Positions 23,591 to 36,690 of a stretch of DNA of 64,000 nt are shown here, piece after piece. The stretch is from assembly GCA_010015585.1 (NCBI GenBank), contig ML975149.1. One strand, 5' to 3'. The stretch comes from Eremomyces bilateralis CBS 781.70 (Eukaryota). The notes below the pieces were generated by a model. That model saw only the letters and a program-made list of their open reading frames with translations, was not told the origin of the DNA and did not search any database. The position numbers were made by a program, and so were the translations under genes. Numbering within the stretch: the first letter of the stretch is position 1; each line of letters starts with the position of its first letter.

Positions 23591-24361
23591 ATGCCAACCC
23601 CCTCCTCCCTCTCCTCCCTTACTACCTCTCACGGCCTCATCTCCTCCTTCTCTACCTTCCTCACCATCGCCATCCACACCATCCTCTCCGCCCGTGCCGT
23701 CTACCCCCCCGCCTCCTTCCTCGCCGCCCGCGCCTACAACCACCCCGTCCGCCAGAACCGCCACCCGCGTGTCTGCGCCTGGATCACCGACGCCGTGCGC
23801 GCCGTCGAGGTGCAGCTGCGCACCGGCGACGTCGCCCGCGTGGTCGTCGTGCTGTTCGCGCCGCCGGGAAGTGGCAGGAGGCAGAGGGCGCTAGAGCGGT
23901 TCGTGTTTGATGTGGGGAGGTTGCCAGTTGTGTCGGCGGGGAAGGGAGATGCGGTGATTGTGCGGGAGGGAGAGGAGATGGGAGACGGGGAGGAGCGAGA
24001 TGACGGGGCGGAGAGGCGGATGATGGCGGATCTGGAAGAGGAGTTCCGGGCGGTGATGGGGAGGTTGATGGGCTGCGGTCAGCGATTGGCGCCGATTCCT
24101 GAGGGGTGCACGTTTACGGTGGCGATGGAGTTGAAGACGGATGGGAAGGCGCCGGTTGGGCATCCGCAGGCGTGGATACCGGCGGAGGGGCCGCTGCAGG
24201 CGAGAAGAGAAGGGGAGGCGGGCGGTGGGGAGGATGGAAGGGTGGTGAGAGGGGGGGATTTGGAAGGGCAGAAGGTTACGGCGGTGAGAACGGTGGATGT
24301 GGGGGAGATGGCATTTGAGATGTGGATAGAGGAAGGGAAGGCGAAGTGGGACGACGGATAG
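23591..24361 (+). CDS. REV7: HORMA-domain DNA polymerase zeta accessory subunit Rev7
   Basis: FLTIAIHTILSARAVYPPASF..RAYNHPVRQNRHPRVCAWI..LERFVFDV..PEGCTFTVAMEL is the Rev7/Mad2L2 pattern. Confidence 0.9.
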   Translation: MPTPSSLSSLTTSHGLISSFSTFLTIAIHTILSARAVYPPASFLAARAYNHPVRQNRHPRVCAWITDAVRAVEVQLRTGDVARVVVVLFAPPGSGRRQRALERFVFDVGRLPVVSAGKGDAVIVREGEEMGDGEERDDGAERRMMADLEEEFRAVMGRLMGCGQRLAPIPEGCTFTVAMELKTDGKAPVGHPQAWIPAEGPLQARREGEAGGGEDGRVVRGGDLEGQKVTAVRTVDVGEMAFEMWIEEGKAKWDDG

Positions 24362-24670
24362 GCACTCGACCAGGCCATCAGAGCAAGGGTCGATTCGGAC
24401 AATGAACCAAGCAAAGGTGGGTAACAAGTTCCCATGCACCGGTTTTCTCGAACAGGATATCCTTCTTTTTATTAAGGTTGTCTGTTTTCTGTGGCATTGG
24501 CCAACAACTAAACGGTATATCAGATCTTCCGCCTCTACCGAAACACGGTATTATGAAAAATCCATGACCTCCTGCCGCGCCAAAGGGGACGTGCAATGCT
24601 CCAACCAGAACATATGACGGCGGGAACAGCCCGCGGGAACCGATCGCGGAGATATCTCGCGGCGCAGCGC

Positions 24671-27600
24671 TCAGGTGAAATCGGCGCAGTACGAGAACCC
24701 ACGGAACTCCTCTTGCATGGCCTGGGTAAGGACTAGAGCAAACGAAGTCAGCACAGCGACCCTGTTCGCGGAACGGATGAAACATACCTGATTGCACCGG
24801 GGTCAACACCGGGGTCACGCTCGTGAACTCCTGATCGAAGTTCGATGTGTCCGTCGCCGACGAGATCTGCGGCATGAACGGCGCGGGGATGCGTTTCTGA
24901 TACACATCGTCCCAGTTGATGTTGCGGAAGAACGCGTGGCTCATGATCTCCTGCGCGTCCGTGGGGCCGCTACCGAGCCGCAGCTCGGGCTCGCGCGTCA
25001 GCAGCTTCTGGAGGATCGAGACCGAGTCGCGCGGCATGTGGATCGGGTAGAGCGGCTCGTCGGCGAGGATGGCGTCGTAGATCTCGTCTTCGTCTTCGCC
25101 GCGGAAGGGGGATTGCTGGAGGAGCATTTGGTAGATGAGGACGCCGAAGGCCCACCAGTCGACGGCGCGGCCGTACTTCTTGTCGAGAAGAATCTATGCC
25201 GAAAAGATTAGCGAAATGGAGCGGAATAGAGTAGGAATAGAACTACATACTTCCGGAGCCATGAACTCAGGAGTACCGCAAAAGGTGCTCGTCGTCGAGC
25301 CGTACCACATATCCTCCTTGCAAAGACCGTAATCTGCAATCTTGATGTGCCCATCGAGTGTCAGCAGGATATTGTCCAGCTTCAAATCGCGGTAGATGAC
25401 GCCATTTTCATGGAAGTACTTCAACGCCAGGCACACCTCCGCGGCGTAGAACTGCGCGCGCTTCGTGCCGAACTGGCCGCGCTGGATGTGCAGCATCAGA
25501 TCGCCGCCGCTGATGTACTCCATGACGAAGTACACCCGCGTCTCCGTCTGGAAGCAGGCGTGCAGGTTCAGCAGGAAGGGGTGCTGCTCCTTGTTCGCGA
25601 TGAGGAACACCCGCTTCTCCGACCGGATGCTCTCCACCTCGTCATTCTCGATGATGAACTCCTTCTTCAGCACCTTGATCGCGTACAGCTGCTTCGACGC
25701 CTTGGTTTCCGCGAGCATGACCTTGCCGAAGTTCCCCTTGCCCAGCACGGCCAGGAAGTTGAAGTGGTCCAACCCGATCCGTCGACCGTTGCCAGCCGTG
25801 TTGGCGGGGGGAGGACCTTTCTGTTCGTGTGGCTGGGGTGCCTGTCCGACAATCTGTTGGCCTGGTGGCTGTTGATGTTGTGGTGGCACCGGAACCTGCA
25901 CCTGAACGGCCGGAACTTGGACTTGGGGCTGAGTGTAGGGTGCGCCTTTCGGTGGTGGCGTAGGTGCTCCCGTTTGTTGCGGCGGATACGGCGCCTGGGC
26001 ACCATACCCGGAGACGTTGGCATATCGCGAGGGATCATAGGGTTGATGCTGAGATAGCTGCTGTTGTGGAGGCCGCGCCTGAGTGGGAGACTCGGGATAT
26101 CCGGCATCCGATGGCTGTCCGTACTTCTGGTCCTGGCCTGACGCCGGCCCGAAATCGGTCGATGTTCGCCCGTATCCCGCGCCGCCGGCTGGAACGTTCG
26201 CTTTGCCAGCGAGTGCTGCCGTTGCCGCGGCCGCGGCAGATTGTGACCCCTGTCCCCGATGACCTGGTGGAGGTCGACCTTGGTCGGGTCCCGGCATACC
26301 GGGCTGAGCAGCGCTGTACGCAGCGGTAGCGGCGTCCACAGAATGTCCAGGAGCGCCATGGGGGGGAGGCCGTTGGCCTTGATCATAGCCCGCCTCCTTT
26401 CCATAAGAGTAGCGCTGATCAGGTTGAGGTCTATCAGTCGGCGGCCCATAACCTGCGGTTGCAGGAGGCGTTGGTCGTCCACCCGGACGCAAAGTACGGG
26501 AACTCATGGACGAGATGGACGCAGGTTGGCGTTTCTTTGCGTTCTTAATTTCGGCGAGGATTTGATTTGCGGCTTCCATCGACATGCCACAGAAGTCTGG
26601 GACGAAGTGTAAACATTGAACATGGCAGGTGAGGGAGCACTCTGGACGGGGAATTAGTGAACTGAAAATTTGAAATCGCGCAACAATAGCCATACCTGCG
26701 CATTTGCGCGACGCTTTCCTTCCCAGTGGAAGCATGTATCCACAGTGGCAACACCAGTTCGCTCCCATATTCGAGAAGCCCTCGAAACGGTGAGGAATGC
26801 GATGGTTGAGCTTCGCTTCATCCGGATCGGTCTCCGCGTTCGATTGCGTGATGCATTTCGTGACGACCTTTGGATAGCATTTCTTGTGGCAGGTGTATCT
26901 GCAATCGGAACATTGCATGCCGGCCGCGTACTTGAGGAAATCTCCACACAGCGCGCAGCGCATGATGTTGTAGAACTGCTGCTGCACAAACTTGTGGCCG
27001 TATTGTTCGTGAACATCCTCCTTTCGTTGACGAATCGCACCCTTTCGGCCCAGACCGACGTCGAATGGTCGCTTGTCGTTCGCGGTTTTGGCTAGGCGTC
27101 GTCAACATATTGTTCCACCAAACAGATTTGAATGTAAACATACCAAAGCCAATTGTGAGCTTAATACGACCCACAGGCTCAAGTGCGAACCAGGTATCGA
27201 TGAAGATCGGACCGGTCTGAGGCATGCCTCCATGAGGGTTCACAGGTTGAGCTGCGGATGGTCCTCCATGACCGCCTTGGGTCGGCGGTGGGTTAAATTG
27301 TAGATCGGGCTGAATTTGCCCTTGCCCTCCGGTGCCCATTCGATCGGCAGAGACCCATCCAGATTGATTGAATTCCGCCTCGATCTTCTTTCGGCGCATC
27401 TCCTCAGCGATGTCGGCAATCCGAACCCATAACATTCCTATAGGCATGGGATGGTCGCTGCTTCGGTCATATACTGTCAATTCGATCTCATTCGCCTTGT
27501 CAATGTCGAACTCATGTGCTTCGTCGGTCCATCTATCGGTCCTGGTGGCTCTGGAGCGGCCCTTTATCACGTCTTCGACTTTGATGATCACGAATGTGTC

Positions 27601-28580
27601 GGGTCCTCGGCTGAAACGGCCCGATGCCGCATGGTCAACATCAGCAACAGCATGAATCCGAATGCTGAGGTGCCCCGTCAAGGGTTTGCGGGCTCCAGTA
27701 ACGTTCAAGCTTTCGTCTGAGGAGGCATGCACGGTTAGCAATCTACAACGAAGTGCGCGGAGTTCCGTCTGCCTTACCATCTCCTCCATCCGCCCCTTCG
27801 ATATCAACATGTAGGTCTTCATATCTCTTCAGTGCCTGCTTGAGTAGCTGGATCTTTTGGTTGCTCTCCACTCTCCTGGCTTCGGCATCGCTTTTGCTCT
27901 TCCGATCCCCTTCAATCTGATAGAGCCGGACCATCTTCTCGATCCCATCTTTGTATTGCTTCTCCACGCTAAGTTTGAACTCTAGCTGCGATAGCATGAG
28001 CTGGATGCGGGGGCCAAGGTGAGGGGTATCGTATTTGATCAGATCTAGATAAAAAGTGTTGCGTCAGCTTCTGGGCGATCGGTAATCCGCCGGCGACAAA
28101 CATACCGAGTTTGCTATAATTCGGCCGAGCCTTCGGCGTCCCCGTCGCCGGACCGGGGCGAGAATAGGGAGCAGATGGCGGCATAAGTACGTCCCCTCCG
28201 CTCAGTTGACTATAGTCGCCCGGTGCATCCCCATACCCACCACCTTGTGGATGTCCGGGAGGACCTTGCTGTCCAGGCCCTCCTCGCGGGTCGGCATACT
28301 GATTCGGTCCTTGACCATCGCGACCGCCCTCTCGGTTCATGGACAAGTTGTCCATATCGGTGCCCATTTTCCTCATCTGCAGCTCGCGCATGCGACCCTC
28401 GAGGTACTCGATGTTCCTCCGGCCATCGCGGATCTGCGCGTCGAGTCGGGAGAGCACGGATGGATTGTTGGTGGACTGGCGGATGGTGTTCGCGCCCTTG
28501 ATGAGCGCCTTTTCTCGGTCTATCTTCCTTATCACCTCCGCCATGACCGCATCGTCGCGATCGCCCTGGTGGTCGCCCAT
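24671..28580 (-). CDS. PKC1: Protein kinase C (HR1-HR1-C2-C1-C1-kinase), multi-exon
   Basis: Two HR1 repeats, C2 domain, pseudosubstrate [11 protein letters not shown], two C1 fingers, kinase domain ([29 protein letters not shown]) and C-terminal QEEFRGFSY. Confidence 0.97.
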
Positions 28581-31264
28581 GGTGGTAGATTGCGGCGTGG
28601 AGGCCGTCTAGCTTCCGGGCGGGATTTGATATGGGTTGGAAAGGTTAGGCCTAATAGGCGGTGGTGGAGCCTCGCGTGCTGGAGTCGGGATATCTGTTGT
28701 GCGGCACACACGACAACGCTTCGATCGCTTCGACCGGGTGCGAAGCGATACTGTCGGCTTGCAATCGCAGAGGCCGCAGCAAGGACAACTGGAAGGTTAT
28801 TCACACACGTGCCACGACTTCAAAGGTCGCTGAAGGGTTTGGCTATGCCACGCGTGAATGGCGAACGGTAGTGTGAGAGGGTCAAGCTATCAATTGGAGG
28901 AGGGTGGGATACGGTCCACGGTTCCGAAAGTGATGCAACCCCGATGCAGCTCCGCCACCATACAGTGTAGGGCTCTCCTCCTAGTGACCGAGAAAGTGGG
29001 GCTGCCCCTAAATGTTGCAGACACAGGCGGTCAAAAGCGAGAGAACGAAACCAAATATACCGGAACAGGTAGCCTGGATAGTAGGAGAGGGAGGACGGAG
29101 AATAGTGCAGGCGTTGTTGGTAGTAGGAAGAGACTGGAGAGCCCAGGGAAAGCGAAGTGGGTGAGGGACGATAGTGCTCACTAACTACTCCGCCGCTCCG
29201 GTGATGTGCGTGTGCGGGACGGATACTAAGATTTTGGCGGGGAAGGAAATCTTAGATGCTTAGTATGCCCACCACGCTCAGCTTGCTATGGTATGTAAGT
29301 AAGCCAGCAATGGGGATTCGTCCATCTAACATAAATACACAGGTTCCAGATATCCTGTGGGCGTATGTGCTACAGGCAGCGCTGCTCGAAGCTTTCACTT
29401 GAATGCTCCTTGTGTAGCGAGGCATTGTCTTGATACTCGTCGGAGCCTATTATGCCTAAAAGACACCGGAATGCAGCCTCGCATATTGATAACTGTTGAT
29501 CATCATCACGCCATTGTTATCTTCGGTCTGTTTCCCTCCCTTTAAAGTCGAAAAGTCAGTCATCATAGACCACTTCGAATGATTCTAATCGGATGGGACG
29601 ACAGGTTTGGTGGTGCACGCACAGGTCGTTGAGCCTGCGATCCGACGAGGTAACTACGAGTCATCAATCCGTCCCTCATGCATGCATTTAAAACTGTTAT
29701 TTTCTCTTTGAAATGTCGGCGCCATATTTTCATCCCATCCTATTCGTCATTTCAGGGTGACAATCAAGGCATAGTTTGAAACAGCCCGGTTCACAAAGTC
29801 CTTTCCTCCATCAACATATACCCGAGACAGCGGTTCATGCCTTGCACAAGGAAATCCTGTGTTTTGATTTTCTACCGCGACTTGTCAAATGATCCAAAAC
29901 TTGAGATAGGCTGTCCGCGACTCATTTACGTCGACAATAGCCTCGTGACCATTCATGGATAAGAAATGGACGGCGTGGATAGATTGGTGGTCGAACGCGC
30001 AGCTCCTCTCCATAGAGATGAGAGAAAAGCGATATGTTCCAGGCTAAATTTCTCATGACATGAGATCTGGTGGGCATATTGAATTCAACGTTGAGTTAAG
30101 CAGTGTGGTAGTTGCTCACCGGAATGCACCTTGTCTGTCGATCCCATGTCGTTTCCCATTATATGTCATGATTGTTGACCCGCTTTTACCATATTCTTCT
30201 TCTCTTCCGTTTTTTATTTTCAGCTGCAGAGCTCCTGTTCGTCAACTGGTTTGGTGTTCTCGGGTCTTTCAAGTGTTGAGGTATAGGATTGGTGGTCGTC
30301 CTCGACAATGGCTATTAATCCGGGGTGGATTGACACCATGGAATGCTATTGTCGCCCAACCGGGCGAGATGAGCAAATGTGTCTGGATTGTGGAAGGTAT
30401 ACGCCACAATATCGGTATCATTAGGAAAGGCTACTCAATCCCAAGTTGTATCTGATGTCTGTCGGATCAAGGAGGATAAGCCATGCTCCACAAGGCTTTC
30501 GAGGAAATCTGAATACGGTCAGCCAGGGCCTATAAGCCGTCATCCTTCCTTTTGGAGATGTTCTCATGATGAATCAAATGGACATCCTAATGTCCTCGGA
30601 AGGCAGGCACTCCCGTTGCGTTGTTGATTTTGTCCAGCTCTGCGTTGGCGTCTGACTGTGTCGTTGCAACCCTTCGCGGCAGGTACATGGAGGAGCAATT
30701 GCCGATGATGTGGTCCTCGGCGTAGCGTCAGCACCGGTAGCATTTGAGCTGTCCACATCATTCACATCGAGCCTACCCATGGGAGGCTGGCTTGGTTGGA
30801 GTCTTGCAGAATTAGAACTATGAAATGCGGAGGTAAGTACTGTTGTTACCAGCCACCTGCGGAGGGGCCGGTACAATTGCGCCACGATATTATTAATGAT
30901 GAAACCTAAACTATGGTACTCCAGACGCAAAGGTAGCCTTAGATACCTCAGGCCACCGTTCGGTGGATCCTGGTATCCCCCGAAGGTGATTGGCGGAGCC
31001 AGCCTGAGGCGGAAAGTCCCGCTTTGGCGAACCTTTCCCGCCACCTTATATGTGGTGATGTATGAAAGTTATCTTGAATTGATTGTTGAGACCAGACATA
31101 TTCACAATACAATACTAATATCATTTGAATCGTTAGATCAAGCTTTACATTATCTATTAGTTTTTGAAGATCATCGAAGATGTCTCCCTCCTCTAGTTGT
31201 GAAACTTCATAACTACAGTATGCCTATCTAACCTTAGAATGATCATACACTAAATGATAAATAG

Positions 31265-33906
31265 TTTCAGACGCAGACGATACATTATCTGAAGACGAAT
31301 TGATTGAAGAGGCCGAAAATACTCCCTCCAACTTTTCCCTTCCGTTCACCGATGATGGTGCCCTGAATACTACACCGAAAGCTCAAAACAAAGCAACTCA
31401 TACCTGCTATGCCGAAATCATGTCAATGATGAAGAAGGGACATTTTACTAGGAACCAGTTCCTCCTTTTTATGATCGATAAGCATACAGGGCAAAGGCAG
31501 ACTGGGAAGCATCAACTTGTTGAAGGGTTTCTTCTTGATCTTCTCCTTGATCCCGATACGCAACGCCATATCATTAAGCATAGGCCTAAGCGTATTCTTT
31601 CTATTCTTCGACACATCTTTACCTGCATCATCTCAGACGAATTTGAAAGCCTGATGCAAGACGAGTCTCAAGTTTTTGGGGCATGGGATGCTGATAAGGC
31701 CCCTGGGAATGTTGGAAGCATGCATCAGATTGTCCGACATAGGGCACCATTATTCTTCTCTATTATTGAGTCAGTTGCCCAGCCCCTAGGCAAGGCGAAA
31801 AAATCTGGCCAGAAACCTCATCATGGACTTACTACAATGATTGCGTCCTCATTGGCCTTTTCCCGGCATAAAAAGCTATCAAATAATCTTCCTAAGAGAA
31901 TTGGGCTTACATTACAAGCTGCAGGTCTGTCTCGCAAAGGTCTGAAGTATCTCCATGCCTTTGGGATGACTCCTACATATAATACGCTTCGAATTTCTAC
32001 TCAGGAGACAATCGGCACAGAAATGGTATTTTTCTACAATCACGATACTATATTCCAACTTTCTAACTACATCTAGCATAGCCTTAAACAGTTTGCAAAA
32101 TATCCTGGACTGGCCGTTGCAATGGACAATTGTGATGGGCATGAGCGACCATCCCATCAGCGGATTGGGAATACAGGCGAAATGTTCAGCTATACATCTG
32201 GAATTGCAGCAGTCTGTCCTCGGATACCTGAAAATGGCCTTTTACAGACAATGCGGAGACCATTTACCCTCCTGCCTCCAGAACTCTTTAACCATGATGG
32301 AGTCCAATTACCTAATACTTCAGGTATCCAAAAACAGAATGCCTTGTTCCTAATCCGGCAGGCAATTGAATTAGCCTTCCCTGATGTAACTCGACAATTG
32401 AAGGCGAGACGGATTAAACTTCCTGAGTTTCCAATAATCGATCGACTCCCAGCAGAGAAGACAGTGAAGAATAACCTTGGGCCTATACCAGTCAACCAGT
32501 CTACAACAAATGGGAATCACCAAATCCTCGAGAAGATATTCTTAGATTTTTTTAAGTTTAATATCGAGACAGACTTCACTGAACGCCTCTTCCTCGTATA
32601 TGGAGATGTCAAAATAGTCATACTTCTCCGGAGCTGTATTAAAGAGCGTGCCGACTCTGAAAGGCCCTTTGATGCTTATAACTGACTACATCCAGTCCCA
32701 GCCCTTTGGCATACACGTTTGAATTTCCTTTATCTTATTACCCGCGAGTTCTATGGCATTGAAAGCTGCAATTTCCTTACATCTACTCTTTGTCACAGCG
32801 CGACCTTCCTTAACCGACGTGGCTTTTCTCGCGAGAATGCCTCATTCAAGATCATGGAAGAAGTAATTACACATAGCTTTTATGCTAGAGTTATTAGCTT
32901 CGTGATTGAACATGTTACAGGCAGCTTCTACCCCCCTAGCATTGAACAGCTTTCAACACATCTAGGAGGTCTATCACCAGCTCAATTCCAGTCATGTATT
33001 GATATGGTTTACCAACAGCTCTTCAGTGCTGACGCTCGGGCCCAGTCCCAAGTCCTTTCTTACGAATCAGAGACGCAGACACTCCGGAACTGGCTATCCC
33101 CTACAGCATACAAGCCCATCTCGGAAACAATCTCACCCAAGACTTTCAAAAAGTATGCAGGATCCTCACCTCCACAAAAGAAACTCAGCGAGATCGAGCG
33201 TATAAACCACCTTCGATTCATTTCAATAGTTGAGGCCTACCTGACCCTCCGATATGCAATCAAGCTTGGTAATATTGGTCAACTCCGACGAGCACTTACA
33301 CAGTGTGCCATTATCTTTGCAGGAGCTAAGCGAGACCAATACCGATATGAGATGCTGCTCCTCTTTACCCAAACGTGTACTCAAGCCTCCGACAAGGATT
33401 TGCAGGATGCTATCCTAGCTGGGGGCTTGATTAATAATCATGAGAGGAGTCTAAACTCATGCCATGAGTTTGATCTTGACGTGGAGCATTTGAATCGGAA
33501 TATCAAAGACTACCTATTAGCCCATGGGACAACATCGACATTTGGCATAGAGAAGCTTTTCTCCCATGGAGTATGGGCTATGTCTGCCACTCAGAAGATC
33601 TCTAAATACCTAGAAGGCACATTTAAGATCAAGATCAATGACTCCCATTCTATCAGCTCAGTACAGCGGCATATCATCCATCTTGCATTCTCAATCTATA
33701 CTGCTCGGAAAAAGGAGGACAATGATGAACACGATGCTTTATTGCTACCATATGATCCATATAAGATCATTACTCGGAGTGGGTCATATAAAGGGAAGCC
33801 AACGAATAACTTTGTACATGGGCAATACTTTGAAGCAGCGCCACTTCTATCCCTTGGGCGCTATGAACTGTTACCATACTTTGAGGAATTTAATAAAATA
33901 GTTTAA
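31265..33906 (+). pseudogene. DUF6589-like / Academ-type DDE transposase, one premature stop (TGA 32683-32685); true start uncertain
   Basis: ORF 31300-32076 splices (intron about 32025-32091) to FAKYPGLAVAMDNCD..HQRIGN, then FLVYGDVK, AYN*LHPVPALWHTRLN, and finally FDLDVEHLNR. This gives a DN/GD/H/E catalytic arrangement; ORFs 32122-32685 and 32719-33906 are in the same frame. Confidence 0.75.
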
Positions 33907-34189
33907 GTAAACTGAAGAATTAACTAAAGAAGCTATTGTCTAATGGCTTATATATGAATCACATTCATCGTCATATGGTCAGGTAAGAAGTAATATCAAG
34001 ATACTATCCCTAAGCATATAAATTGGACTGCTAGGGCTGCCTGCTTGCTTTGAATTTCTCAGTCGGCTTATGACTTCGCTTCCCATAAGCCCTTACTATC
34101 TCTTCATGCTTTGCTGGAGTCTCATCATGTTGATATTGATCACCCCTATTTCGTCGGAGAGGGAGGATAGTATGATCTGTAGTCATCGG

Positions 34190-36690
34190 CTATAAAGGCA
34201 CTGGTTGGTTTACCAACTTCTGCCCTTGCTGCCGTCGCTTAGTTGGTGTCAGATCATCATCACCAATAGCAGGCATTGGCATTGGAAGTTTAAGGGGGCT
34301 GCTACCCTCAGGGAGGTTCGAAATATCTGGAAGAGTATGCAGCTTTTGTACTTGTGTAACTTGACGTCGTTTCGGGGATTTTGGGTAAGCACTAGTACCT
34401 TGTGGAACTGGAGGTTGCTGATGCTCTTGTATAGGCTGAGGAGCATCATCGACAGCTGGGCAAGGCTTTAAATGGGGCGTAAAGGTTTGATTTCCAGCAT
34501 CAAACAATAAGGATAGGTCAATCACTCTATCTTGTGACCTTTCCTGCTCTTGAGCTTCCTTTGCCAAAGCCTGCCTCCTTTTTTCTTGGATCTTGCGCTG
34601 TTTCTCCTCTTTTAGTTGGTACTGAGCATGTTCATAGCTCTCCAATGCTTTGCCTAGGCTTATCAAATGTCCATCGTCACATATCCATTGGTTTTGTGGT
34701 AAAGCCTTACGAATTTCTAGCAAATCTCCAAAAAGAAGGATATAATATCCATCTGGTTTCTGTTCCTTTGGTATCCTCTCCTGAAGCTGATTGTATGTGT
34801 TTGCAAGTATTGATAGTTCCTCACGGAAGATCAACCATTGCCAATCTGGTGCATAACACCTGTCCATAGTTTGATATTCCCTTTGCGCCTCTTTATAGAA
34901 GTAGAGTTTAAAGGATCAACTAATGGTCGAAGCCTCTTTGTAGCCATTGCTTTGCTCTGGCTAGTCTTGGTTTGTGTATCCAAAGTAGATAGGAGTTAAG
35001 GGTTACAACTTCCACAGCATGTTATAGGGTCGCGTTCTAGTGTTGTGCAATCGTAGTGTGTATTAATTAACTCCCGGATACACCGTTCACCATTGGTATT
35101 GCAGAGCTGGTAAATGATGTTAGGGAGAAGTCCACGTCTCTCTGCCTCTGATGGTCTTGCTTTCGATTTCTGGCCTTTGGGGGTCTAGCTCAAATGGTCT
35201 TCGCGAGATGAGGATCCTTTAGCTCCTTGTCCTATTAAAGGCTCTTCCTCGTCATCGTTATCATCTGAAGTAGATAAATTGAGGTCTCCTGGATCTCCTC
35301 CTTGGGGCAAACCCCCCTGAGTAGTCTGGTGTTGATGCTCCTTTTGTATATCTTTTGCACGAGTTCGGTGCCCTTGGTAAGGCTGTTGGAAGAAAAGGAT
35401 GGCAGTCCCAGCTGGCACGCTTCGAGCAGCACGCCCAAACCGTTGTAGGATGAGGTTGATCAGATTATCAGGGGGGATTTTCCATACAATAGATCTTGTA
35501 ATATCTGGAACATCGCAACCATGTGCAAGTGCATCTGTTGAAAGGAGGATCCTAATAGGGGAATAGTAGAATTTTGAGTATATCCCTTGTTTCTCATGTT
35601 CGCTTAGGTCAGCATGGTACTGTGCCACTGTATCATTCGCTAAAACCTTAGAATATCCGTATTCTTGGAACCATGAACGGATTATCTTAGTGCAATCCCG
35701 GATTTCGCGCTTTGCCTTAAAAAAGATGATGGTTTTATCAATTTGCTCAGGCGTAGGTATAAACCCCTTCCCTTGACAATGGCAAGCACCACCACATCCT
35801 CCTGATAGGTCTTGTTCCCTGTTTGCACAATGTCGAAAGGCACCTTCGAGCAGGAAATTTAACCCGAGAAATGACTTCTGTGTATGTATAGGGATCTGCT
35901 TGACGATATAGGTAAGGTCCTCTTGGTTGGTGTCTGTTTGGATAACCTGGACATGGTCTGACAATTCTAGAAGCCCCCGGACATAGGATAATGTTAACCG
36001 GTCCAGAGTTGCGGTGGTTCCAAACCATGGAATGTCTTCAAGCTCCCGTCGGACAATACGCAGTTCTGTATAGGAATGGCGGAACTTATCACCCCAGTCA
36101 AAAACTAGGTGAAGCTCGTCAATGCAAATAGAAAGCAGATGGGACCGAAATAGCCGATCCTGGATAAGGATACGGAACCTCTTGCCAATCAATTGCTCTG
36201 GTGAGGTAATAATGTGAGTGTAAGCACCTTTCTGTACTTCTTGAATCGCTCCATCATTCATGTTTGATGCATTTAAGAAGATAGGTCGGGTTCTAGGGAT
36301 CGATGAGATCTTCTTTTCTTGCTCTTTACCAAGTGCATCAAGGGGGACGATCACAATGACAACAGATCCTCTAGAAAGGCATGGCAGTGCTTGATGGATT
36401 AAGCTCTTGCCAAAGGATGTCTTTGCCGTTAAGATCAGGTCTCTCTGTTTGAAAAGGAGGTGTGCAATACACCGTGCCTGGTCATCCTTTGCTTCGAACT
36501 CAAAGAAGGACTGGATTCCTTCCTTAACCACCAATATTTGATCCTGCCATTGTGCCTCCATACACCGTTCCACTTTCCTTTGTATATCCTGCAGCTCCTG
36601 CTTCTTAATTGGGTCGACTTCAGAAAATAGATTGATGTTGGTTCGCCAGTCTTGCTTTGGTTTAGGCCCACGTTTCTGCTTTGGTGGCAT
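34190..36690 (-). pseudogene. RecQ-like SF2 helicase of the transposon, with premature stops (TAG 35187-35185, TAA 34998-34996) and a probable frameshift before ORF 34867-34190
   Basis: Motifs AKTSFGKS (I), IVPLDAL (Ia), TSPEQL, IDELH (II), TATL (III), YHADLS, STDALAHGCDVPD (V) and QRFGRAAR (VI). Reading through the TAG gives ERCIRELINTHY..CCGSCNP, the RecQ zinc-binding motif. Confidence 0.8.
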
